DNA of 64,000 bases from Myxococcota bacterium (GTDB taxonomy: Bacteria > Myxococcota > XYA12-FULL-58-9 > JALHOP01): assembly GCA_041288095.1 (NCBI GenBank), contig JBGGMJ010000022.1:1-64000 (forward strand), written 5' to 3'. Position 1 is the first letter of the stretch; the number at the start of each line of letters is the position of its first letter. Under the pieces are notes generated by a model, which was not told the origin of the DNA, ran no database searches, and saw nothing but the letters and a program-made list of their open reading frames with translations. Position numbers and translations under genes: made by a program. Shown here piece after piece: positions 22,845 through 30,610 of this stretch.

Positions 22845-22860
22845 CGGCACAGCGGATGCA
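22845..22860 (+). promoter_or_regulatory. Candidate sigma54 (-24/-12) promoter
   Basis: CGGCACAGCGGATGCA has GG-N10-GC spacing, 42 nt upstream of the 22903 ATG. Confidence 0.5.
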
Positions 22861-22902
22861 TTCAGTAGCCTCGAAGACGTCCAGCGGACACGAGGCAACA
22901 TC

Positions 22903-23094
22903 ATGCGTCACTTCAAGCTTCCCACTTTGTTCCTCGCTGTGACGCTGGTCGCAACGGGCTGTGCAACCACCACGCGGGAGACACCGCGTGGCGCCAAGCT
23001 CAAGCAGTACGAACAAACGAGCGCCGCGGTAGAGCGCGCGCATCGCGTACGTGCCTGGCGCAGCGCCGATGCCTTCGCTCTCGGTGGTGACTGA
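22903..23094 (+). CDS. Small lipoprotein, 63 aa
   Basis: GAGG RBS; basic N-terminus, hydrophobic core and ATG-C lipobox (VTLVATGC). Confidence 0.6.
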   Translation: MRHFKLPTLFLAVTLVATGCATTTRETPRGAKLKQYEQTSAAVERAHRVRAWRSADAFALGGD

Positions 23095-23183
23095 GCGCGA
23101 CTGATCGCGCTCGGCGATGACCCACACAAGCGGTTTCCCCCCGCGCGTCGTCGCCGAGCAACCCAACCGCCATCCCCATCCCC

Positions 23184-23232
23184 CAAAAACAACAACGCCG
23201 GTGGAGACTCTCGCGAGCTCCACCGGCGTTGT
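23184..23232 (-). terminator. Intrinsic terminator of the HU gene (possibly bidirectional)
   Basis: Perfect 15-bp inverted repeat ACAACGCCGGTGGAG/CTCCACCGGCGTTGT followed on the minus strand by TGTTTTT. Confidence 0.8.
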
Positions 23233-23243
23233 GTCGATTGGAA

Positions 23244-23292
23244 CTGGGGACACACACCATTTTCCGATGCGGAAAATGGAGTATGTCCCTAG
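23244..23292. repeat. REP-like imperfect palindrome
   Basis: CTGGGGACACAC-A-CCATTTTCCG-atg-CGGAAAATGG-A-GTATGTCCCTAG; AT-richer than the surroundings. Confidence 0.6.
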
Positions 23293-23298
23293 ACAATC

Positions 23299-23574
23299 TT
23301 AAAGCTTGTCCTTGAAGGCCTTCGCGGCGCGGAAGCCGACGGTCTTCGAGGCCTTGATCTTGATGGCCTCGCCGGTCTGCGGGTTACGGCCCGGGCGAGC
23401 CTTGCGGGTGCGCACGACGAACGTGCCGAAGCCGGGGTACGAGAAGCGCTTGTCCTTGCGGATGGCGCCAGCGAGGTTCTCGAACACGGTCTCGACCATT
23501 TCGGCCGCGAGCTTCTTGGTGACTTCGCCGTTGTGCTTCTCGTACATCTTCTCGATGAGCTCAGCCTTCGTCAT
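23299..23574 (-). CDS. hup: Histone-like DNA-binding protein HU
   Basis: MTKAELI, GFGTF, RKARPGRNPQTGEAIKI motifs; AAGGA RBS. Confidence 0.95.
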   Translation of the reverse strand: MTKAELIEKMYEKHNGEVTKKLAAEMVETVFENLAGAIRKDKRFSYPGFGTFVVRTRKARPGRNPQTGEAIKIKASKTVGFRAAKAFKDKL

Positions 23575-23655
23575 TGTCTTTTCCTTGGTGTTGCTCGTCT
23601 GCTCCGGACTTGAATTTACAGCCTCGGGAGCATGCTACGAGCGAATCTGCCCAGT

Positions 23656-23684
23656 GAATTAGCGGGCGGCCCGATCGGGGTCAA
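23656..23684 (-). promoter_or_regulatory. Sigma70-type promoter of HU
   Basis: TTGACC-N17-TAATTC on the minus strand. Confidence 0.6.
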
Positions 23685-23746
23685 GCGAAACCCGCATCCA
23701 TTCAGGTCGATTTCGCGATCGCGCGAGCGGAGAAATGTGGGTGCGG

Positions 23747-24964
23747 CTACACGGTCCGCAATAGCAGGCATGACACCTGGTCATGCGCGGCGGCCGGTGT
23801 CGAGCCCGGCTCGATCAACGCGAGGCCGTCGACCTCGGCGAGACTCGTCAGATCCGCCGACCCCTGGCGCGCGCTCGGCGTTGCCAGGAGCTTGTCGCTA
23901 TCGCGGACGATTCTCACGCGGACGTAGTTGCGGCGGTCGGTGGCACGGGGCGCCTTGGCGGTGAGCGTAGCGGTGAGCTTCACCCGCTCGATGTCACGCG
24001 CGCCCTGCATGGCGCGCAGGGCGGGGCGCACGAAGAGCTCGAAGGATACGAACGACGACACGGGATTTCCGGGGAGCCCGAAAAACGGCGTCGCGCCGAT
24101 CGAGCCCACGGCGAGCGGCTTGCCCGGCCGCATGGCCACCTTGTGGAAGGTGACCTTGCCGCGCTCGGCGAGGACACTCTTTACGTAGTCGTGCTCGCCC
24201 ACCGAGACACCGCCGCTGGTGAGCACGAGGTCGGCCACCGCCGCCGCTTCCTCGAGCGCTTTGCCGATGGCTTCCGGCGAATCGCCGACGATGGGCAGCC
24301 GCAGGGGCACGCCGCCGGCTTCGCGCACCTGCGCGGCGAGCATCAAGGCGTTGCCGTTACCCACTTTGGTCGCGGGGCTCGTGAGCAGGGTATCGATTTC
24401 GACGAGCTCGTTGCCGGTGGGCAGGATGGCGACGCGTGGCCGGCGCGTGACCGACAAGGAAACGCGGCCTTGCGTCGCCGCGACCGCGATGTCGCCGGCG
24501 CCGATGATCGTCCCGCGTCGCAACAGCGTCGTGCCCTCGGCGACGTCTTCGCCGGTATGGCGGACGTTCGCGCCGGTGCCGACCGGCTCGCTGATCAACA
24601 CGTAGTGCCCGTCTCGCGTCACGTTTTCTTGCATGACGACGGCGTCACAGCCCTTGGGCAGCGGCGCGCCCGTGAAGATGCGCGCGGCTTCCTTGCGCGT
24701 CACCACCATCTCGCCGTCGTCGCCCGCGGCCGACTCGCCGATGACGTCGAGGCGGACCGGCTCGGCAGCGCTCGCTTGGGCGGTGGAGCGCGAGTGCAGC
24801 GCATAGCCGTCCATCGCCGAGTTGGTGAAGCGCGGCACGGGCACGGTGGCGATCAGATCCTCGGCCAGCACGCGGCCCAACGCTTCGTCGACGGAGACGA
24901 GCTCGGCGCCGAGCGTGCTGATGCCGAGGAGCGCCTTCTTTTGCGCGTCCTCGACCGAGATCAT
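23747..24964 (-). CDS. moeA: Molybdopterin molybdotransferase
   Basis: GRVLAED, NSAMDGYA, RIFTGAP, TGNEL, TSGGVSVG, MRPGKP and GLPGNPVS motifs. Confidence 0.95.
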   Translation of the reverse strand: MISVEDAQKKALLGISTLGAELVSVDEALGRVLAEDLIATVPVPRFTNSAMDGYALHSRSTAQASAAEPVRLDVIGESAAGDDGEMVVTRKEAARIFTGAPLPKGCDAVVMQENVTRDGHYVLISEPVGTGANVRHTGEDVAEGTTLLRRGTIIGAGDIAVAATQGRVSLSVTRRPRVAILPTGNELVEIDTLLTSPATKVGNGNALMLAAQVREAGGVPLRLPIVGDSPEAIGKALEEAAAVADLVLTSGGVSVGEHDYVKSVLAERGKVTFHKVAMRPGKPLAVGSIGATPFFGLPGNPVSSFVSFELFVRPALRAMQGARDIERVKLTATLTAKAPRATDRRNYVRVRIVRDSDKLLATPSARQGSADLTSLAEVDGLALIEPGSTPAAAHDQVSCLLLRTV

Positions 24965-27369
24965 TGAAGCATCGCTTCCGCCACGCGCTGGCCCTGAGCG
25001 TTGAAGGCGATACGCTTGTCGTCGGCCTTTTTACCCTTGGCTGCTTTGGCGGTGTAGATGAAGATCCGGCCGCCGCCCTTGCTCTCGATGCGCGCCGGGA
25101 TGCCTTCGCGCCGTGCGACGTCCTTCTCGTCGCCCTTGGCCGTGGCGATGAAGTCTTCGAGCTTCTTGGCGACGATGGCCTCGTCCAGGTCCTTCTGGGC
25201 CCGGGTCAACGCGGCAGCGCACTCGCTCTGCAGCTTCTTGCGGTTCACCTGGCCGAAGGGGCTGCCGATCTCGAGCTTCGGGTCGGCGCCGACGCCACTG
25301 GCCAGCGCGTCCGCACGCTCGCCGCACTCCTTCAGACCGCCCATGGCGGTGGACAGGAGTTGGACGCGCTGCGCCGCGGTGGGCGCGTTCTTGGCGGCGC
25401 TGACGTCCGACTGCGCCTGGGCTGCGCGATCGCGGACCTTCTCGAACTGTGCCTTCCAGCGCAGCGCGGTGATCGAGGCCTGGAGCTTCTCGCGCTCGGT
25501 GGCGCACGCCTTGGTGATTTGGACGGCGTAGAGCTTGCCCAACGGCGTCGTGAATTCGGCCTCGGGATCGAAGCCGGGTCGCCGATCGATTTGCGGCAGC
25601 GCGCCTTGGCACTGGTTCATGCCGTTGATGGCCGCGTCGGTCGCCGAAAGCTGGGCCTCGGCGGTGGCGGCGCTGCGCACCGGCGTGATGAAGCGGGCGA
25701 TGTCCGCGACGACGCTGTCGACCTTCTGCTTCCAGGCGGCGCGGAAGTCGAAGGTCTTACCCTGCGTGTCGAAGCCGAATTGCGTCTTCTCGTAGATGAA
25801 GACACGGCCGCCTTCGACGCTCTCGATGCGTTGCGGGATACCGTTGGCCTTGGCGACCGCGATCTCGTCGGCCTTGAGGGTGGTCATGAACTGCTCGAGC
25901 TCGACGGCGTTGCGGGCCTTCTTGAGCTCATCCTCGGCGGTCTTGGTGTAGTTGCCGCACTCGTCACGCAGGCGGCCGATCGTCATCGGACCGTCGGCGG
26001 TCACGATCGGATACTTCTTGTCTGCTTCCTTCTTGGCGTCGAGCTTGGTCGCTTGCTCGGCGCAGACGCTGGCGTTGGTCTTGGCCGTCGACCAATGTTC
26101 GATCTTCTCCGAGCTCTTCTGCGAGGCCTTGGCCGCGTCGGCGGACTTCTTGGCGGCGTTGAACGGCTCGCGCAGCGTCTCCGCCGAGCCGCGCCAGATG
26201 TACATCGGCCGGTCGCGCGTGAGCTGGTCGCGCTCGCGCGCGCAGCTCTTGGCGATTTGCGGCGCCGAGACCTGACCGTAAGGCGACTCGAATTGCGCCT
26301 TGCCGTCGTAGCCCGGCATCTTGTTGCCGCCCTCGAGCTCGGCGTTGCAAGCACCGAGCGCGGTGATCGTCGCGTCCACGGCGGCGGCGACCTCGCCGGC
26401 GTTCTTGGCTTGCTGCCGCTTGGCCTCGGCTTGCGCGAGCGAGCCCAGGGCTTGGGTGATGCGGCCGCGCCAGGCCAGCTTGTCGACCTCGTGCCGGAGG
26501 CGCGTGCCGCGCTCGGTGCACTCCTTGCGCGTGTTGGCGACGCTCAAGGTTCCCAGGGGAGTCGCCACCAGGCGCGGCTCGACGTCTTGATCTTTGCTCT
26601 CGAGCGACTGAATCGTCGACAAGCAGGTCGTGAAGGCCTGCGCCGCGGTGCGGTACAGCGAGGTTTGCTCGTCGGGATTGCCCGTCTTGCCCGCGGCGAC
26701 GATCGCCTGACGCGCCGATTCGATGCTGGTGCCGAGCGACTGCGACGCGTCGATCTGCCATTGGGCGACGCCTTCACGCACCGCGAGCTGGCGCGCCTTC
26801 GCGTCGCGGTCGCGGGCGTGCTCGACATAGACCTGGTCGTCGCCGAATTGCTGTCCGCTAATGCGGACATCGGCGAGCTCCTGCAGCACGGCGCGCATGG
26901 CGCCGACATCCTGCACGGTGGGCACGCGGTCGTGGAGCTGCTTCTGCAGGTCGGTTGCCTTCTGCAGCGCGATGTTGCCGCGCTTGATCAGCTCGTCGAT
27001 AGCGGCGTTGCGGCGGGCGATGCGATCTTGCTCGACCGCCGTCTCGTAGCGTTTCTCGCCGGCCACCACGGCCTCGCTGGCGTCCTCGAACTCGGGGTGC
27101 GACCGCGTCAGCTCGGTGGCGCGCTGCACCGCGAGCTGGGCCTTGCGCAGGTGCGATGCCGCTTCGTCGAAGTTTTTCTGAGAGAGCGAGGCGTTGAACT
27201 GGCGGAGCTGGCCGTTGATGGCGGCGACGCCCGCGTCTTCGCTCTCTTCGGGCTCGTCTTTGACGACCTCTTTTTTGGTCTTCGATGGGCCGTGCATGGC
27301 GGCGCAGTTGGCTACGGCGACGCTCAAGTGGACGGCAAGCAACGCTTTCAAGAGTGCTTTCATGGTCAT
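24961..27369 (-). CDS. Large hypothetical lipoprotein with five C-x34-C repeats
   Basis: ATGA overlap with def; lipobox VAN-C; internal repeats visible by eye. Confidence 0.75.
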   Translation of the reverse strand: MTMKALLKALLAVHLSVAVANCAAMHGPSKTKKEVVKDEPEESEDAGVAAINGQLRQFNASLSQKNFDEAASHLRKAQLAVQRATELTRSHPEFEDASEAVVAGEKRYETAVEQDRIARRNAAIDELIKRGNIALQKATDLQKQLHDRVPTVQDVGAMRAVLQELADVRISGQQFGDDQVYVEHARDRDAKARQLAVREGVAQWQIDASQSLGTSIESARQAIVAAGKTGNPDEQTSLYRTAAQAFTTCLSTIQSLESKDQDVEPRLVATPLGTLSVANTRKECTERGTRLRHEVDKLAWRGRITQALGSLAQAEAKRQQAKNAGEVAAAVDATITALGACNAELEGGNKMPGYDGKAQFESPYGQVSAPQIAKSCARERDQLTRDRPMYIWRGSAETLREPFNAAKKSADAAKASQKSSEKIEHWSTAKTNASVCAEQATKLDAKKEADKKYPIVTADGPMTIGRLRDECGNYTKTAEDELKKARNAVELEQFMTTLKADEIAVAKANGIPQRIESVEGGRVFIYEKTQFGFDTQGKTFDFRAAWKQKVDSVVADIARFITPVRSAATAEAQLSATDAAINGMNQCQGALPQIDRRPGFDPEAEFTTPLGKLYAVQITKACATEREKLQASITALRWKAQFEKVRDRAAQAQSDVSAAKNAPTAAQRVQLLSTAMGGLKECGERADALASGVGADPKLEIGSPFGQVNRKKLQSECAAALTRAQKDLDEAIVAKKLEDFIATAKGDEKDVARREGIPARIESKGGGRIFIYTAKAAKGKKADDKRIAFNAQGQRVAEAMLQ

Positions 27370-27941
27370 GAACCCCAGCGCGCGACGAGCTCGCGCACCT
27401 CGCTGACGAAACGCTCCCTCTCGAAGCGCTCGAAGTGATCCCACGTGCACAGGCTCTTCGGGTCGACGATACGGTCGACGAACAAGACACCATTCAAATG
27501 ATCGAGCTCGTGCTGGAAGGTGCCGGCCGAGACGCCGCGTACCTCGAAATCAAGTTGTCCACCATTGCGGTCAAGGCCGCGGACGCGCACCTCGGCGTGG
27601 CGTGGAACGCGGCCGCGCAAATTGGGAATCGAGAGGCACCCTTCGTAGTTCGAGAAGGTCTCTTGCGAGAGCGGCGTCACCTCGGGGTTCACCACCACCG
27701 TGAGCGGATACCGCGGCTTGTAGGGATAGCGCGGGTTGTCGCGCACCTCGACGGCGAAGACACGGAGCTTCTCGTAGATCTGGGTCGCGGCGATGCCGGC
27801 CCCCGACGCGTCACGCATGGTCTCGACGAGATCGTCGATGAAGCCCTGCACCTCGGGCGAGGCGAGCTCGGACGCGGACAGCGGACGGGCTGTCTCGCGG
27901 AGCACCGGGTGTCCGATCTGCGCGATCTTACGTAAGGCCAT
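27366..27941 (-). CDS. def: Peptide deformylase
   Basis: GAGIAATQ, EGCLS and QHELDH motifs. Confidence 0.95.
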   Translation of the reverse strand: MALRKIAQIGHPVLRETARPLSASELASPEVQGFIDDLVETMRDASGAGIAATQIYEKLRVFAVEVRDNPRYPYKPRYPLTVVVNPEVTPLSQETFSNYEGCLSIPNLRGRVPRHAEVRVRGLDRNGGQLDFEVRGVSAGTFQHELDHLNGVLFVDRIVDPKSLCTWDHFERFERERFVSEVRELVARWGS

Positions 27942-27960
27942 GTGGTGTTGGATGTACCAT

Positions 27961-29031
27961 TCAGCCCATCGTCACACCATGGCCGCGATCGATATGGCCG
28001 ACATCGAGATCGCCGCCGTTCTGACGGAAGCCGCCCTTGAATGGATGTGATTGGATGAACATCGGCGTGTCGAGGTCGACGATGTCGATGCCGCCGAAGC
28101 CGGCGGCCAAGTGCGCCGAGAAGGTCATGGCGAGGATGCTCTCGACCATGCCGCCAATCATGAGTGAGAGGCCGTTTTCGCGGGCGGCCTGCATCATGGC
28201 CCACGCCTCGGCGATGCCAGACTTCATGGTCTTGATGTTGATGAAGCGCACGCTGCCTCCGCGTGCCAGCTCGAGCACGTCGGCTGCCCCGCGGGCGGAC
28301 TCGTCGGCACAGAGCGGAATCGGTGTGAGCCCCGCGAGCTTCTTCCAGTCGTCGTGAGCCCCGCGGGGCAGAGGCTGCTCGAAGATCTGCAAAGGGATGT
28401 GGTGCTTGTCCATGCCGCGGGCGAAGGCTGTGGCTTGTTCGAGGTCGTAGCCGCTGTTGGCATCGGCGAAGAGCCGGGCGTCGGGGGCGGCTTCGCGGAT
28501 CGCCAGTATGCGCTTCACGTCTTCTTCAGCGGACACGGCGCCGACCTTCACCTTGATGGTGGTGATGCCGCGGCCGATGATCGACTTCGCCGAGCGGCGT
28601 GCGTGCTCGACGTCACCCGCGGTCACCGTCATGTCGGTGACCAGCTTCGTGCCGGCGCCGCCAAATTCCTTCCACAGCGGCTTCTTGGCCTTGCGTGCCA
28701 GTGCGTCGATGATCGCCATCTCGAGGCCGCAGCGAGCAGCGGGCGCCCCGAGGTGCTTCTCGCGCAGCATGGTGCCGACGGCGCGCCAATCACCGACCTC
28801 GGTGCCGAGGACCAGCGGCTTCATCGCGAGAATGGCGGCGTGGGTCTGCTCTTGCGTCTCGCCGCTCACCTCGGCGAAGGGCGCCGCCTCACCGAGTCCA
28901 ACGGTGCCGTCGTCGAGCGTCGCGCGCACCAAGACGTTGCGCGCGACGGTCGGCGCGCCGGTCGCCACCGCGAACGGTTCGGTCAGCGCCAGGTCCAGGC
29001 GCTCGGCGGTCAAGCTCTTGAGGGTGGTCAC
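27961..29031 (-). CDS. L-Ala-D/L-Glu (dipeptide) epimerase, enolase superfamily
   Basis: GLGEAAP, KVKVG, DAN, EQP, ADES, NIK and DLD motifs; GTG start with GGAG overlapping the amidase stop. Confidence 0.88.
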   Translation of the reverse strand: MTTLKSLTAERLDLALTEPFAVATGAPTVARNVLVRATLDDGTVGLGEAAPFAEVSGETQEQTHAAILAMKPLVLGTEVGDWRAVGTMLREKHLGAPAARCGLEMAIIDALARKAKKPLWKEFGGAGTKLVTDMTVTAGDVEHARRSAKSIIGRGITTIKVKVGAVSAEEDVKRILAIREAAPDARLFADANSGYDLEQATAFARGMDKHHIPLQIFEQPLPRGAHDDWKKLAGLTPIPLCADESARGAADVLELARGGSVRFINIKTMKSGIAEAWAMMQAARENGLSLMIGGMVESILAMTFSAHLAAGFGGIDIVDLDTPMFIQSHPFKGGFRQNGGDLDVGHIDRGHGVTMG

Positions 29032-30542
29032 GACTTCTCCTTCGCTCCCGCCCAGACGCGCGGCAGGGGGCGCTTGCCCGCGGTTGCTCGCTCGGCTTGG
29101 CCGGCGAGCGCAAGCAATACTTGCTCGGAGCCGAAGCGGCCCATGATCTGAACGCCGATGGGGACCCCCGAGGAGCTCCAGTGCAGTGGCAAGCTCATCG
29201 CCGGCAGCCCCGTGGTGTTCCCGATGGGCGTGAAGCCGGCATAGCTCATGAGCTTTCTGCCGGTCTCGGCGTCGGTTTGACCGAGCGTGAAAGTTCCCGT
29301 CCGCCATGGCGGAGAGGAGAGCGTCGGTGTCAAGATGATGTCGTAGCGCTCGAGTGCCTTGAAGAGGGGTTGCGCAACCTCGTTCAACTTGCTCCACGCC
29401 ATCCAGTGGTCCGCCGGCGTCAGCTTGGCGTTGATCTTGATGAGCCGGCGAGTCATGCGCTCGAGTGGCGGCAAGCCTTGGCTTGCGTTGGTCGCCCAGG
29501 CGATGGCCGAGAAGACGTTGGGGTCGACCATCACGCGGCGCACCGCGGGCGGCACGTTCGACGGAGTCATCGCCTCGAGGGCGGCGCGGATGAAGTAGCC
29601 GGTCGCCATCGCCCAGATGGTCGTGAAGTGCGTCGCGAAGGACTCGCCGTCGAGCTCGTAGCGCGCCTCTTCGACCTCGTGGCCGAGCGCGGAGAAGAGA
29701 TGCGCGGCGCGATCCACTGCCTCGCAGCACTCGGGATGCGACTCATCGCCGAGCACGGTGCGGGTTACGAAGCCGATGCGCAGCGGCTTGGGGTCACGGC
29801 TCGCGGCGTCGAGGTAAGTGCCGCGTGTCACGGGGGCCTGCCAACGGTCGAAGGGCCGCGCGCCCGCCAAGATGTCGAGCATGAGTGCGCTATCGCGGAC
29901 GGTGCGGCTGACCACACCGTGCATGACGAAGCCGTCGGGCGAGTCCCAAGGTTCTTGAGGCAAGCGGCCCCGTCCTGCCTTCAGGCCCCACAACCCGCAC
30001 GCCGACGCGGGGATGCGAATCGAGCCGCCGCCGTCCTCGGCATGCGCACATGGTACGATGCCCGCCGCGACCGCCGCCGCGGATCCACCGCTCGAGCCGC
30101 CCGGTGACAACGCGGTGTCCCAAGGATTGTGGGTCGGGCCGTGCAACGCGCCCTCGGTGCTCGGCAAGAGCCCGAGCTCGCTCATGTTTGTGCGGCCGAG
30201 AGTGAGCAGGCCGGCGTCGTCGATGCGGCGCGCGACCTCGTGTGTGCGCTTGGACACATTCTCTTTGGCGAGCGTGCAGCCCCAAGATGCACGAAGTCCC
30301 GTGCGCTCAAGCGAATCTTTGATTAGAAATGGAGCGCCACGTAGCTTGCCGTCGGGGAGGGCGTGCAAGAGCAGTTGCCGAGCATGGGTCTCGGTGACCT
30401 CTACAACGGCGTTGACGCGCGGGTTTACTTCGTCGATGGCGCGAAACGCCACATCGAGGAGGTCCGCGGCGGTCACTTGTCGCTTTTTCAAGAGATCGAC
30501 AAGTCCGATTGCATCGTGTCGTACGTATTCGTCGAGATTCAC
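29028..30542 (-). CDS. Amidase signature family enzyme
   Basis: GAPFLIKD, SPGGSSGGSAAAVAAG and DGGGSIRIPAS motifs; GTG at 30542 preferred. Confidence 0.92.
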   Translation of the reverse strand: MNLDEYVRHDAIGLVDLLKKRQVTAADLLDVAFRAIDEVNPRVNAVVEVTETHARQLLLHALPDGKLRGAPFLIKDSLERTGLRASWGCTLAKENVSKRTHEVARRIDDAGLLTLGRTNMSELGLLPSTEGALHGPTHNPWDTALSPGGSSGGSAAAVAAGIVPCAHAEDGGGSIRIPASACGLWGLKAGRGRLPQEPWDSPDGFVMHGVVSRTVRDSALMLDILAGARPFDRWQAPVTRGTYLDAASRDPKPLRIGFVTRTVLGDESHPECCEAVDRAAHLFSALGHEVEEARYELDGESFATHFTTIWAMATGYFIRAALEAMTPSNVPPAVRRVMVDPNVFSAIAWATNASQGLPPLERMTRRLIKINAKLTPADHWMAWSKLNEVAQPLFKALERYDIILTPTLSSPPWRTGTFTLGQTDAETGRKLMSYAGFTPIGNTTGLPAMSLPLHWSSSGVPIGVQIMGRFGSEQVLLALAGQAERATAGKRPLPRVWAGAKEKS

Positions 30543-30610
30543 TCCGCGGTTCTTACGACGTCGGTAGCCAAGCTGTACATTGCGAACGCAATCATCATGT
30601 GGGGGCATGG

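Noticed and set aside
24964..27438. 824-aa plus-strand ORF
   Set aside because: Antisense to the repeat lipoprotein, which has the lipobox, the repeats and the operon overlaps.
29032..29730. N-terminal extension of the epimerase ORF suggesting a fusion
   Set aside because: Out-of-frame overlap with the amidase; a GTG with RBS exists at 29031.
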